This document shows positions 13,343 to 24,539 of a stretch of 64,000 nucleotides of DNA, one piece after another. The notes beneath the pieces were generated by a model. It was not told the DNA's origin and did no database searches. It saw only the letters and a list, made by a program, of their open reading frames with translations. Both the position numbers and the translations under genes were made by a program. Numbering within the stretch: position 1 is the stretch's first letter; each line of letters starts with the position of its first letter. The stretch lies in assembly GCA_012295275.1 (NCBI GenBank), contig CM022668.1:1302001-1366000 (forward strand), in the 5' to 3' direction. This DNA is from Chrysomallon squamiferum. Its lineage: Eukaryota; Animalia; Mollusca.

Positions 13343-14788
13343 TCAGCTCAACAGTTTTTGATGTATGTGTTGTAAGTCTGTCGTTGTTAAAGTCTCGCTA
13401 TAAAAAATTCTCATGCACATCTCGCGGTCCCGAACATCCGTCCAGCCCCCGTAAGGCTGGTCCAGCTTAAAGCGAACTGGGAAATCATGGGCAATGTTAA
13501 CGTGGTTAGGAAATAAGAATTTCTTGTTTTGCTCTAATTTGTTTCTGACTCTTTGCAGAACGTCTGTCGTTTTACACGACTTGTTTTGATGAAAGCCTTT
13601 ACAGCTACCTAAGTGAAAAACTCGACTGCCTAAAGGTTTTAGTATTTTCAAGCCTCCTGGTATGCACGTGGCCGTCACGTGCATCAGAGACCAGTCCCAG
13701 TTACAGTCATCAAAAAAACAGAACGATTTTGAACAGTTTTTCAACATTTCCCAGAAGTCTTTGCGGAATGCCATGCCCCTTCCGTTTCCGGCCCACCAGT
13801 AATCTTTTTTTGCATCTCCTAATCTGTAGTTGTCGCGGAAGTAGTCTGTCGACTCCCCCATTACATACATTTTACATTCCGGACACTTTCTTCTGCTTTC
13901 ACTGTCCAGTTTTTTTAAATAGTCCAGTGTATCCTCTGCTAAGTAGTAATCATCGTCTAGACGAAATATAATACCTTTATAATTTCGAAGTAATAAACAT
14001 TCATCAAAAATAAATCGCAGTTTCCACAACCAGTGGTGTTTAAGTTGGGCGTGCGGCGCTTCTCTGTAATGTCCAAACGGGTCTTGGAATTCCGCGTTGT
14101 TACACTTGATGTGTCTCGCTACTGTTTTATCCAAATTGCGAGCACAGTCGTTGGGATCGGTCCCAGGAAACTGTTTGCTGTACACCTGAATAGGATACGG
14201 GTAAAATATCTGCATATAGGGGCAGAAATCTATCTGTCTGATCACTTGGAAAACGTCGTCGGAGAAGTAGTCGTGGCTGAAGATGACGAGTGTTTCGTTG
14301 ATGTGTCTCATTTCACGAAAAGAATCAATCTGCATTTTCAGCTGGTCCGCGCGGTCATGAACTTGTACTAAAATGACTACACTCTGAGGCGTCAGGCTCA
14401 GGCCAAATCTGTCTTCATTGTGAACAAATCCTTTTTCGTTTAAAATCTCTACTTGTTGTCTGAACTTTTCCACATCTTTCCAGTCGGGAATGAACGGAAC
14501 AAACTTACCAGCTGCTTTCACTGTCGAGTTCAAAGTTCTCACGTGATAAACTGTTTCTGTCACTGTTTCTCCACCGACTGTGCTGACTCCACCCTTGTCT
14601 GACAGTCTGACGTTGTGGTTGACTGTCTCGACGTGAACGTGGTGGCCGTCTCGGTGAACGCGCGGAGACAGTTTGTTCTCGCTGTTCCAAAGAGCCGATG
14701 ATGTGTAGATCCGCAACTTCAGTCCAGCAAAAACCACCATACAGAGGTACAGGACAAACAGCGTCGTTTTCTTCGCCGATAACCTCAT
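13343..14788 (-). CDS. MGAT2: Alpha-1,6-mannosyl-glycoprotein 2-beta-N-acetylglucosaminyltransferase (GnT-II, GT16)-like, 481 aa, single coding exon
   Basis: ATG at 14788 (MRLSAKK) followed by a type II TM anchor. Family motifs: VILVQVHDR, LVIFSHD, QIFYPYPIQVYSKQFPGTDPNDC, GHYREA..QLKHHWLWK, NWDWSL, RVFH, GGWTDVRDREMC. Splice acceptor at 14904-14905 indicates a 5'UTR intron. May be a paralog rather than the ortholog. Confidence 0.88.
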   Translation of the reverse strand: MRLSAKKTTLFVLYLCMVVFAGLKLRIYTSSALWNSENKLSPRVHRDGHHVHVETVNHNVRLSDKGGVSTVGGETVTETVYHVRTLNSTVKAAGKFVPFIPDWKDVEKFRQQVEILNEKGFVHNEDRFGLSLTPQSVVILVQVHDRADQLKMQIDSFREMRHINETLVIFSHDYFSDDVFQVIRQIDFCPYMQIFYPYPIQVYSKQFPGTDPNDCARNLDKTVARHIKCNNAEFQDPFGHYREAPHAQLKHHWLWKLRFIFDECLLLRNYKGIIFRLDDDYYLAEDTLDYLKKLDSESRRKCPECKMYVMGESTDYFRDNYRLGDAKKDYWWAGNGRGMAFRKDFWEMLKNCSKSFCFFDDCNWDWSLMHVTATCIPGGLKILKPLGSRVFHLGSCKGFHQNKSCKTTDVLQRVRNKLEQNKKFLFPNHVNIAHDFPVRFKLDQPYGGWTDVRDREMCMRIFYSETLTTTDLQHIHQKLLS

Positions 14789-15173
14789 CTTTTCACTAAA
14801 CACTGTGCGCTATGATCTGTCAAAACGCAGAGTTACTTTTCAGTCAGCTTTCACATTTCATCGACGATTTCTTCAAGAAAGGAGCTCACCGACCAGAATA
14901 AATCTGTAACAACAAAATATAAAAAAAAATAATAATAATAATAATACATTTCGTATTACCTCAAAAGTTACTATTCATTAGAAATCATAATTTATATGCA
15001 CGTATGCATGCATGCACACATTTCAAAACATTATTTAAAAAAAAAAAAATGTCCAGCTTCACACGAAACTGAATAACAAAGTTCTTAACCGCTTAACGTA
15101 TTATTATAAGCCTATTTATGACTGTCTCAACCTTTTTAATATTAAGCGCATCATTATAGCAACAGGTGAGAAA

Positions 15174-15220
<47 letters not shown>

Positions 15221-15441
15221 AAAGTAAATAAAAAATTAAAACATTAAAAAGAAAAAAATGTAAAACGTAATATAATTTTTTATGACTTTAGTTCGGTTAA
15301 TTAATACTGTAGAAACAATGCTAGCACACACACAAGACAATATACAAATCAATAATTTATATATGAAATATGTATGGAAATAGATGAAAGTTCTTTTTCT
15401 CTCGCTTTTCTTTTTTTCTGTGTTTTTCTGTCTGCATGTGT

Positions 15442-15485
<44 letters not shown>

Positions 15486-17596
15486 AACAAATCCTAATAG
15501 ACTGAGTAAATATTACCGTAGCAGAAACTGCTTGTATTTAAACATGAGAGATGAATGATAACTTTGTTATATAAAAACTAAACTTCTTTTATTCAGATTC
15601 GTGTATGATCTGAAATGATTACTGATGTCAAAAAGCTGGCTATTTCGAATGATACCCAACCATTTTTAAATCCTTGTCAGTTTTTGTTATCGATGATCTC
15701 CTGCCCCAACAGATTTTTTTTTTTCATCAGATGATTTGTTTGTATCATAATATAAAGTTAATATACATTTTAATTATTTTCACTTCTTAATATCATTTAT
15801 TTATTTACTTTGTGGTAAGAAGGCCAAGTCAAACGTGCGCCTGTCTCTGTCAGGTGTTTTCTGAGAAGTCGTGTTGTTAATACGTGCATATTGCTGATTT
15901 TAGTATTTTACTTTTTATTTTGTTTTTCATGTTATTTTGGGTAGTTACTGAATGAAACTGTACCAAACTAAGCGATACTTCTGACTCTCTCTGTAAAACA
16001 CATATGCCTCTTTTTTCTTTTCCCTCCTGAGCTCTTTCAAAGATGTAAAACCCTGAAGTGAATCGTGAAGTATATGTATTTAACATTACTTTGGAAATCT
16101 TTACATAGCATTTTAAAATGTAGTTTTTTTATTCGAATAAATAACCTAAATATAATTCGCATACTTTCAGATTATTGATTTTTTGTTTATCCATTATTAG
16201 TTTATAACGAAGTTTTGCAATAAATGAACAAAGGTAAAATATCTGATTGCAACTGACAAAACCACACTTCACTCAACTCTACAAATAAACAACACCCACC
16301 ATCCTGCTAGCTTGCCAACACGCACATAAAACTATTAACTCAGTAAAGAAAGATTTTATTTCTTAGTTTTATTAGATAAACCTAAGACATGTGTTATTAG
16401 CGGGTGTAACACATCCTAGAGTAATTATGGAAAGTAGTTTGGCTGTTGCTGGTAATTTCAGAAGGTCCAACCCGAGCCAGCCATCTACTGAGCAGTTGAT
16501 CCGGACAGTTCACGCTCGCTCTTTGACCTTTACCACCAGTGAGCAGAACATAAATTCATTAAAGTACTGTCATTGTGATAATGTGTTAATCTTGAACTTT
16601 GGATGTGTTGTTAAGTGATTTATAACAAGCAGTGGTCTCGTACCAGTTATATTAAATACATTTAGCTGACCCAGAATTTAACGTGTTTACTCACTAACTA
16701 CAACAACAACGGCATTTGTTATAATAATATAAGTAGCTGCAGTAGTATTAACAGTGGTAACAGTGGTTACAGTTGTAGTAGTACTAGTAGGTGTAATAAC
16801 AGCGGAAATATTTAAAATATCAGTAACAATAGTAGGAAGAGATGTAGAGTTGTAATGTTACTACTCTGTTGTATTAAAAACACGTGTTACAAAGTCTAGA
16901 AATACCGGTTCTTAGTTAATTTGTGAGTTGTCATCAGCTGTGGACACAAATTAATAGAATTAATAAAAAATATACTAAAGTCCAGTTACTGTCGTTAATA
17001 TTTCACAGATTACTACAATTCAGTGATTAATTTTAGCTTCCGTTATTTAACATCTGTAACGAACAAGTTTTCTCCTGAATAATGGCGGTATGAAACAAAA
17101 ATATATTTTGTACACTTTCAAATGTTCAGTTTATATCTGAAGACCACTTGACAAATGAAAACAAAAACAAAAACAAAAAACAACAACCCAAAAGCCCAAT
17201 TATTTTCCTGTTCTGAAAAATCAAGTGTGAATGATATGATGCTGATGAAGCAGTGTTTATTTTGAAACCGCCGAGTCTTCACCTCATTTCCCGTGTTTAA
17301 TTATTTGTTTTGTTATTTCTGTGTTAAGTGAAACGTTCGTGTCTAATCGTTGCTTTTTACTCCATTTCCGTGAACACGACACAAATATTTGATCTCTGTG
17401 ATCACTTTTAAAACTTCTCAGTTCTTGGCACCCAGTTCGTGTTGTGTGGTGAACGAACGAAAAACGAAACTAGACTGAACTCGCATCTTTTTAATTAAAT
17501 ATTTCAAAAAATTACATAATTTTAAATTTGTAATCTATTATTAACATAATTATTGAATATTAACGACATCAATTAAATTTGATATAGTGTTCAACC

Positions 17597-17668
17597 CGCT
17601 TGGTAGTACAAGGTTTAGAATACTCGACTGTCACTCGAGTGATGAGTGTTCAAATCCCTCCCAAGCAG
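17597..17668 (+). tRNA. tRNA-Asp(GTC), atypical (possibly viral/mobile-element-borne; may be a pseudogene)
   Basis: Cloverleaf: CGCTTGG TA GTAC AAGGTTTA GAAT A CTCGA CT-GTC-AC TCGAG TGAT GAGTG TTCAAAT CCCTC CCAAGCA G (72 nt). Perfect anticodon stem, G73 discriminator, mismatches at 1:72 and 52:62. Confidence 0.8.
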
Positions 17669-17679
17669 TAGCTACAATT

Positions 17680-17751
17680 TGATTGGTAGACTGATGGTTA
17701 GAATATCCGGCTTTCACCCGGAAGATATGTGTTCGAATCCCGTCCAAGCAA
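17680..17751 (+). tRNA. tRNA-Glu(TTC), atypical (possibly viral/mobile-element-borne; may be a pseudogene)
   Basis: Cloverleaf: TGATTGG TA GACT GATGGTTA GAAT A TCCGG CT-TTC-AC CCGGA AGAT ATGTG TTCGAAT CCCGT CCAAGCA A (72 nt). Perfect anticodon stem, GTTCGAATCC B-box, 11 nt downstream of the tRNA-Asp. Confidence 0.8.
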
Positions 17752-17846
17752 AAAACCTTTATTTATATTTTAATAGGAAAAAAAAATGTACATTACAAAA
17801 AAAAAAAACCTTTATTTATAATTTATTACATCTACTGAAATAATTA

Positions 17847-18985
17847 TATTTAGATTATAACGACGTTATAAAATTTCCTGATTATTTGTATAAATAGGGA
17901 TCAGAATTTCGTTATTACATCAGAATAACAATAGCATATAGAAAATAAAACTACTGAATGTGTTCAAGTGAACTATATGAAATTATCGAACATTTATCTA
18001 ACGAAGAAGCTTTTACCATTTTTGAAGAATTAGTAAGTAAAGAAACAAAATTTAAAAGTGTTGAAACAGCAATCTGTATTGAAATTAAAGTCGTCAAAGA
18101 TTCAATCAAAAACAAAACACATCATATTATTAAATACTTACGTTCATCATTATTGTGAAATATTCAACAATACTGAAGAAGAAAATGATAATTACTGTTA
18201 TATAAAAAACATTTTAAAAGATCACATAATTTATATAAGTGGAAAAAACGGTTATATTCGTTATTACGATATTGTAGAAACAAGAAGTAACATTGAAATA
18301 TCTAAATGTCAGCATTTTATATTAACAATTTATCAAAAGAAAAAGCAAAAGAATATTTGAAATTATCTTACTCTGAATTTGGGAAGTTACATGAAGGAAT
18401 AAACATTAAAACTCACTAGAAAGTTGATGAATTAACATTTTGGAAAGAAGAAGTTAATGTGAAACTACAATTTATTTCTGACGAAGATGAAACTATAAAA
18501 AGGCAAGAAGAATTTGTAAATATGTAGGAGGAAGATCAGACAAGAAAGCAATTGAAAAAGAGAGAAGCAGAATCAACTATTATCTATTTCAGTAAGAATT
18601 TGATTATACTAAATAAGAAACGACAATTAATTGATACATTTTGGAATTACATATATAGTAAAGTGTGAAATATAACTCAATAGGCAGTGTTGATACAACT
18701 GTAACAGCTCGTAGAAATCAGCTGTGTGATAAATGTACTGACGTTAATCGCTATTCCACTTTATATCATGAAAATGTTGTATTACTACATAATATAAAAT
18801 GTAAGTGTGGAAAAGAATCGCAATGGACTGAAGATGACAAAGCTACGATAAATATATTATAATAAAAGATTACGACGATACAATAGGAAAATAACTGAAG
18901 ATGCAGACTGGATTGAAAAGATTCAACGACATATTTATTATCTAAGACGATTAAGAAGAACTTTAATATTGACTGGTTTAAAATA
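17847..18985 (+). pseudogene. Decayed intronless AT-rich ORF (~350-380 codons) of unknown function, virus-like
   Basis: The ORF-track fragments 17958-18158, 18058-18360 and 18665-18862, plus intervening protein-like stretches (KVDELTFWKEEVNVKLQF..., LIDTFWNYIYSK, EDADWIEKIQRHIYYLRRLRRTLILTGLK*), join into one reading path through isolated stops and frameshifts. Contains CDKC...CKC. No splice signals or microsatellites. Confidence 0.55.
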
Positions 18986-19001
18986 AAATATAATATTCAT
19001 T

Positions 19002-19186
19002 ATGGCTGTCATTATATGGAACGGAGCCGATCGTTTTTATAAAACGTTTTGAAGATGTCAACTGAAGACGCGTTCGTGAGATGGAAAGTGTGGATGGATC
19101 GAGCTGGTTTTTTGAAAATTTCTATATAGAATTAAAAATAAAAGATGACTATGTAAAGTTCGAGAATTATATTGTTGTAATTAACA
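19002..19186 (+). pseudogene. 5' fragment of a second decayed intronless ORF
   Basis: ATG ~17 nt after the previous stop. Reads MAVIIWNGADRFYKTF/EDVN*RRVREMESVDGSSWF/ENFYIELKIKDDYVKFENYIVVIN with two homopolymer frameshifts and one TGA, then coding character is lost. Confidence 0.4.
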
Positions 19187-19989
19187 CTGGTTTCACAAAG
19201 AACAGATTACAGTCACCAGTTGTCAACTATACTCTCCTACAAGTTCTATAACACACATCTACAAAAGTGTTTTTAATACAGGACTGCGCGGAACGTTCTT
19301 ACTGTTCATAAAACACCTCAAGTTTATTTTATACTTGGTGTTATTAGTCAGTTTTGAAATCTTCTGTCATTTGCTATACAGAAACATTTTCAAAAGCTTT
19401 GAGATCAGACTTCCTGGTTTATAACCTGACGATGTACAGGTAAAACTTGGATCTTTCAAGCGATACAATTAAACAGAATTAGAAACTTGCATCAGAAATA
19501 TAGAGTGTTATTTATAAAATAACACGTGTTTGTAAAGAGTCTTTGTCACGTTTTAACATTCAGGACAATTTATTTTGACTGATTATTCCCCGTCATGACA
19601 GGTCAGAAGTGACGTGGTTTGACCCGCCGCGCGAGGACTTGTCTCTGAACTCTACTTGGGTCTTCTTGATGTCGGAGCGCAGAGTGAGGGTTCTTTTACT
19701 AATGCAGCAGTGCACGATTTCCAAACAGCGTAGCACACTTTTAAACATTTCCATCATGGCATACTAAACTGATTTTCCTTATTACGACAACAGCATCATA
19801 ATGTTACCACTCGGTGCCATTTTATCTGCCAGGTTCAAAAAGTGAACTTAAATTTCAAGGCTGATAAAAATTTATATCTGCATAGCGAGTTACTAGCCGC
19901 AACATTTAATGTACGCCGCTGTTTTTGTTTTCAAACATTCATACTACACCCAAAGGAAATAAAACATTCAAATACACAGTAACTAGCAG

Positions 19990-20046
<57 letters not shown>

Positions 20047-21014
20047 GCAGAATACATTTATAATAATGTAAAACACGTTAATATAAAACAATGAATATAA
20101 TGCTCTGCTAAAATATACTTTTAATAATTTTAAAAATCGTATAAAGAAAAATCCTATCAATATATTGCGGAATTCTTATTTAATTTTTGTAAGGAAAAAA
20201 AATCCGGTTTATTGACAAATGGCATAAACATAAATACTTAATTACTACAGAAATAACTGATAATTAAAGTAACATCGATGTTTATAATAATAATTAACAT
20301 GTAATATGCTTTGTTATTAAATCAATATTTCTGACTTGCTAAAGTCTAGAGTGGTACCAGTTTCCCCTCATTCTTAAACTGAACAAGAAGAAAAAAATTC
20401 GTTACTGATATCACGAATTCCTAGAAACCTGTTTCTCTGAACTTTATTCTTACCAAGCATACAGTGACCGCGTCATTGTCGTAGGTTGTCGTCGGTGGCT
20501 CCTTGCAGCATCAGTGAAACAACACAGAATACGTCCCGTTTTCAAATAACAGAATCCGTTAAAAGCCGTCTGTTCGCTAATGGCTACCGACGCTTTGTTC
20601 ATAGCTTGTCTTGAACGATGAAAGTCGGCGGCGGAAACTCACTGCAAAGCATGCGCCAATTGAAACGGGAGATTTATGAAAATAATCAGCCTGACCCTGT
20701 TTCCTGTGTACTTTGTCCACAAGGACACCGTTACACGCGCGTGCTGATAGTGTTAGCGAGTTTCAGAGCAGGGGGGATTAATTACTACTTCACCGTGATT
20801 TTTGGAAATATAAACACTCAGCCAAATATTTTATAACTATTCACATGAAATTATGTTTGAATGCGCAGTCCTGTATTAAAAACAGAAGAGGGAATACATA
20901 TTTTTCATACACGATCGCGCAACAAAGGACATTAATATCATTTATTTCGGAACTTAAAAATATGGCATATTTAACATTAAAATTAATAGGTTTACCATTA
21001 ATAGTAATTTTGTG

Positions 21015-21018
<4 letters not shown>

Positions 21019-21078
<60 letters not shown>
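21019..21078. repeat. (AG)n microsatellite
   Basis: Perfect run of about 30 AG units. Confidence 0.95.
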
Positions 21079-21079
<1 letters not shown>

Positions 21080-21965
21080 AAAAAAAAAATAAAAATAAGA
21101 AGACATCTGCAAAACAAAGTAAATGAAAGTATTAGAAGATAAATTATTTATTAATCTAACATTTCAAGATCGATATTGTCTGTTTGTTCCTCTATGCATT
21201 TTTGAATATCATTTATATTGTTATTTTTGTTTAAAGAAACAGCGAACGTAAAATTCTGTTGACATATGTTAACTGTGTTTATTCACGCCTGAGTTAAAAC
21301 GCTGTGTTTCATCATGATGACATTCTGATGTGAAGTATCACAGGAAGGATTTTACTGAACAAACTTGCTTTGTGATGATCCCAGAGCTCCAGATACACGT
21401 ATTACGAGATGCATCAAAGATAACAGTAAACCTAACACATATAAAATAATTAGAAAATAAATTCTGCATAATAGCTTATACAAATTAACCAGGACACGCT
21501 TCAAGGATCATATGTTATGAATTTATTTGTAACAGAGTAATACACAAACAAGATTAATCAGTCAAATTAAATCTTTGTCAAGTTTGTGTTCCGAGTTATG
21601 CAAATAAGGGTCAGTGTGTTTCTGTTTTGAAGAAGACATTACTGTTCATAGTTTAAACGATGATAATATCAGTTGTGTGTGCGTGTGTGTGTGTGTGCGT
21701 GCATGTGTGCTCGTGCTCATTAAATAAATAAATTAATAATAAATATTAATTTAAAATGATTCAACAACTGATATTAATATTTCTAATACTAGAACTACAC
21801 AGCAAAACGAGTATGTATACAAAAATTTCTCCACTTTATAGTTCATTATTAAATTTAAAATAATTATTAATTTATAGAGAGAAGGGAAATGGAACTGTGC
21901 CAGTAGTATAATTCATACTTTGTGAAATGTAAATATATACTACTTCATACTGATAGCTGTAAACG

Positions 21966-22014
<49 letters not shown>

Positions 22015-22324
22015 ATACAGACAGGTTAACTATACAAATACTTCAAACAATAACAACTAGCACATAATGATGTTATTTTGTCAAACTTTATATTGCAGTG
22101 AAATGTTTTAAAATGAAACTAATAATTATAAATTATAAAATAAAAACAACGAAAAAATTGTATCATACCATTAGGTAAGTTTTTAATTAAAAAAAACCAT
22201 GAAGTCATTTATAGTTTTTAACTAACATTTATATTTGTTATATTTATTCAAATATTACATTGATTGTATATATTTTTGTAACTTTTTGTTGTTGTTATTT
22301 TATCATTAATTATATGGTTGCGTT

Positions 22325-23100
22325 TATATTTGAGTTATGTTGTTATATTTATGTTTGAGTTATGTTGTTATATTTATGTTTGAGTTATGTTATTATATTT
22401 TTTTAGTTATGTCCTTAGTTATATTTAAATGATTTTGTTATATTTATTTTTGAATTATATTGTTATATATGTTTGAGTTATATTTATGTCAGTGTTATGT
22501 TATGTTTATGTCAGAGTTATGTTATATTTATGTCAGAGTTATGTTATATTTATGTCAGTTATGTTATATTTATGTCAGAGTTATGTTATATTTATGTCAG
22601 TTATGTTATATTTATGTCAGAGTTATGTTATATTTATGTCAGAGCTATGTTATATTTATATCAGTTATGTTATATTTTATGTCAGAGGTATATTATATTT
22701 ATGTCAGAGTTATGTTATATTTATATCAGTTATGTTATATTTATGTCAGAGGTATATTATATTTATGTCAGAGTTATGATATATTTATGTCAGAGTTATG
22801 TTATATTTATGTCAGAGTTATGATATATTTATGTCAGAGTTATGTTATATTTATGTCAGAGTTATGTTATATTTATATCAGAGTTATGTTATATTTATGT
22901 CAAAGTTATGCTATATTTATGTCAGTTATGTTATATTTATGTCAGAGTTATGTTATATTTATGTCAGAGTTATGTTATGTTTATGTCAGAGTTATGTTAT
23001 GTTTATGTCAGAGGTATGTTATATTTATGTCAGAGGTATGTTATATTTATATCAGTTATGTTATATTTATGTCAGAGTTATGTTATGTTTATGTCAGTTA
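22325..23100. repeat. 22-bp minisatellite (TATTTATGTCAGAGTTATGTTA; 20-bp variants)
   Basis: About 30 tandem copies, degenerate toward the left. Explains the overlapping repetitive ORFs at 22460-23160. Confidence 0.95.
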
Positions 23101-23114
23101 TTTTATTACAAAGT

Positions 23115-24124
23115 TCAAGAGCACACAGAACATGATCGCCTGCAGCTAGTCAGCATGTAGTTGGGGTTGACCTGACATTCACCACGTTGTGCCCACGTGG
23201 CACACATGAAGTGGTTATCAAAACACGACAGATCCGCTGAAACAAACAGAAAAGCTAAAATATTTACTAGTGAATTGTATTCGATTGTAGTTTATTATTT
23301 ATTTGTTTTTGGTATGCAAATTAGTATAATTTAATTTAATTTGATAATGTAACATGAATCATTTAAAAATAATATTTATTATTAATTTATTTATTTAATG
23401 AGCATGAGCACTCATGCACACACACGCACACGCACACACACACAACTGAAAAAAGTATTATTTACTGTTTGTACTGCAAGCATCGCACGACAGTCTGCAC
23501 GAACTGAGCATGTACGCAGGGTTGGATTCACATTCTCCCGTCTGAGCCCACGACACGCAGTTTCTGTTACTGTCCGCACACACAGACGTCTGTGTGCCAG
23601 ATGCTGCGGAATTTACAGCTGTGAAAATATAATTAACTTCTTTACTACTTAAAGACAGTACGTGAGATAATTAAATAAAGCAATTAAAACATAACGTTTT
23701 ATTATGAACAAAAATTTATATCATAATTTAAGAAAAATAAAAGGAGAGAACATCTGCTGCAAATCAGTGACAAAGAAGAACTCACAGTCAGAACAGCGGT
23801 TACACGCTCGTCGACAGGTTGTCGTCATGAACGTCGAGTAGGCGCGGTTGTTACAGTAGTTTCGTCTCGACCAGTAACCACAGTAACCGTTCAGATCTTT
23901 ACACGCTCGCGATCCTGAATGTTACACATACCACGTGATTAATAACGTTACCATACAGTTAATCGTAACCAAGTTTACATTTCACTTCTAAAGTTGTTTA
24001 TCGTCTTCATTATTATTATTATTATCATCATTATATCATCATCATTATTATCATTATCATTATCATTACCATCAACATCATCATCATCATAATCATCATT
24101 ATTATCATTATATCATCATCATCA

Positions 24125-24176
<52 letters not shown>

Positions 24177-24480
24177 TGCTTTCCTCGCAAGCATGACGGG
24201 TTTGAAATAAATAATTTTTGCTAAAACTCTTCCAAACAAAGCCTTGCTCTTTTCTCATTCTTAATTATCTTGCCCAAGGGAAAATTCTAAAACTGACATC
24301 ACAATGTAGACATTTTTCTTATCGCTGGGCGAGACAGGTTTAAGAAAAAGTGAAAAAATAAAAATAGCTTGACTCACAAAACTACGATGTTAATACAGCA
24401 TTTCTTTTTAAATCACTATTGATTTTAAAAAGTTTGAAAATATAAAATATTGGTCTGGAATCTCTTCAAATTATTTCAAA

Positions 24481-24539
<59 letters not shown>

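Noticed and set aside
17597-19190. Mitochondrial insertion (NUMT) or alternative genetic code as the explanation for the island
   Set aside because: The tRNAs have canonical D-loop GG and TTCRAAT T-loops, unlike typical metazoan mitochondrial tRNAs. The peptides resemble no mitochondrial protein. Interruptions include TAA, TAG, TGA and frameshifts, which indicates decay rather than recoding.
22460-23160. Five overlapping ORFs up to 229 aa with repeating YLCQSYVIFMSEL
   Set aside because: They are translations of a stop-free 22-bp minisatellite in all three frames, not genes.
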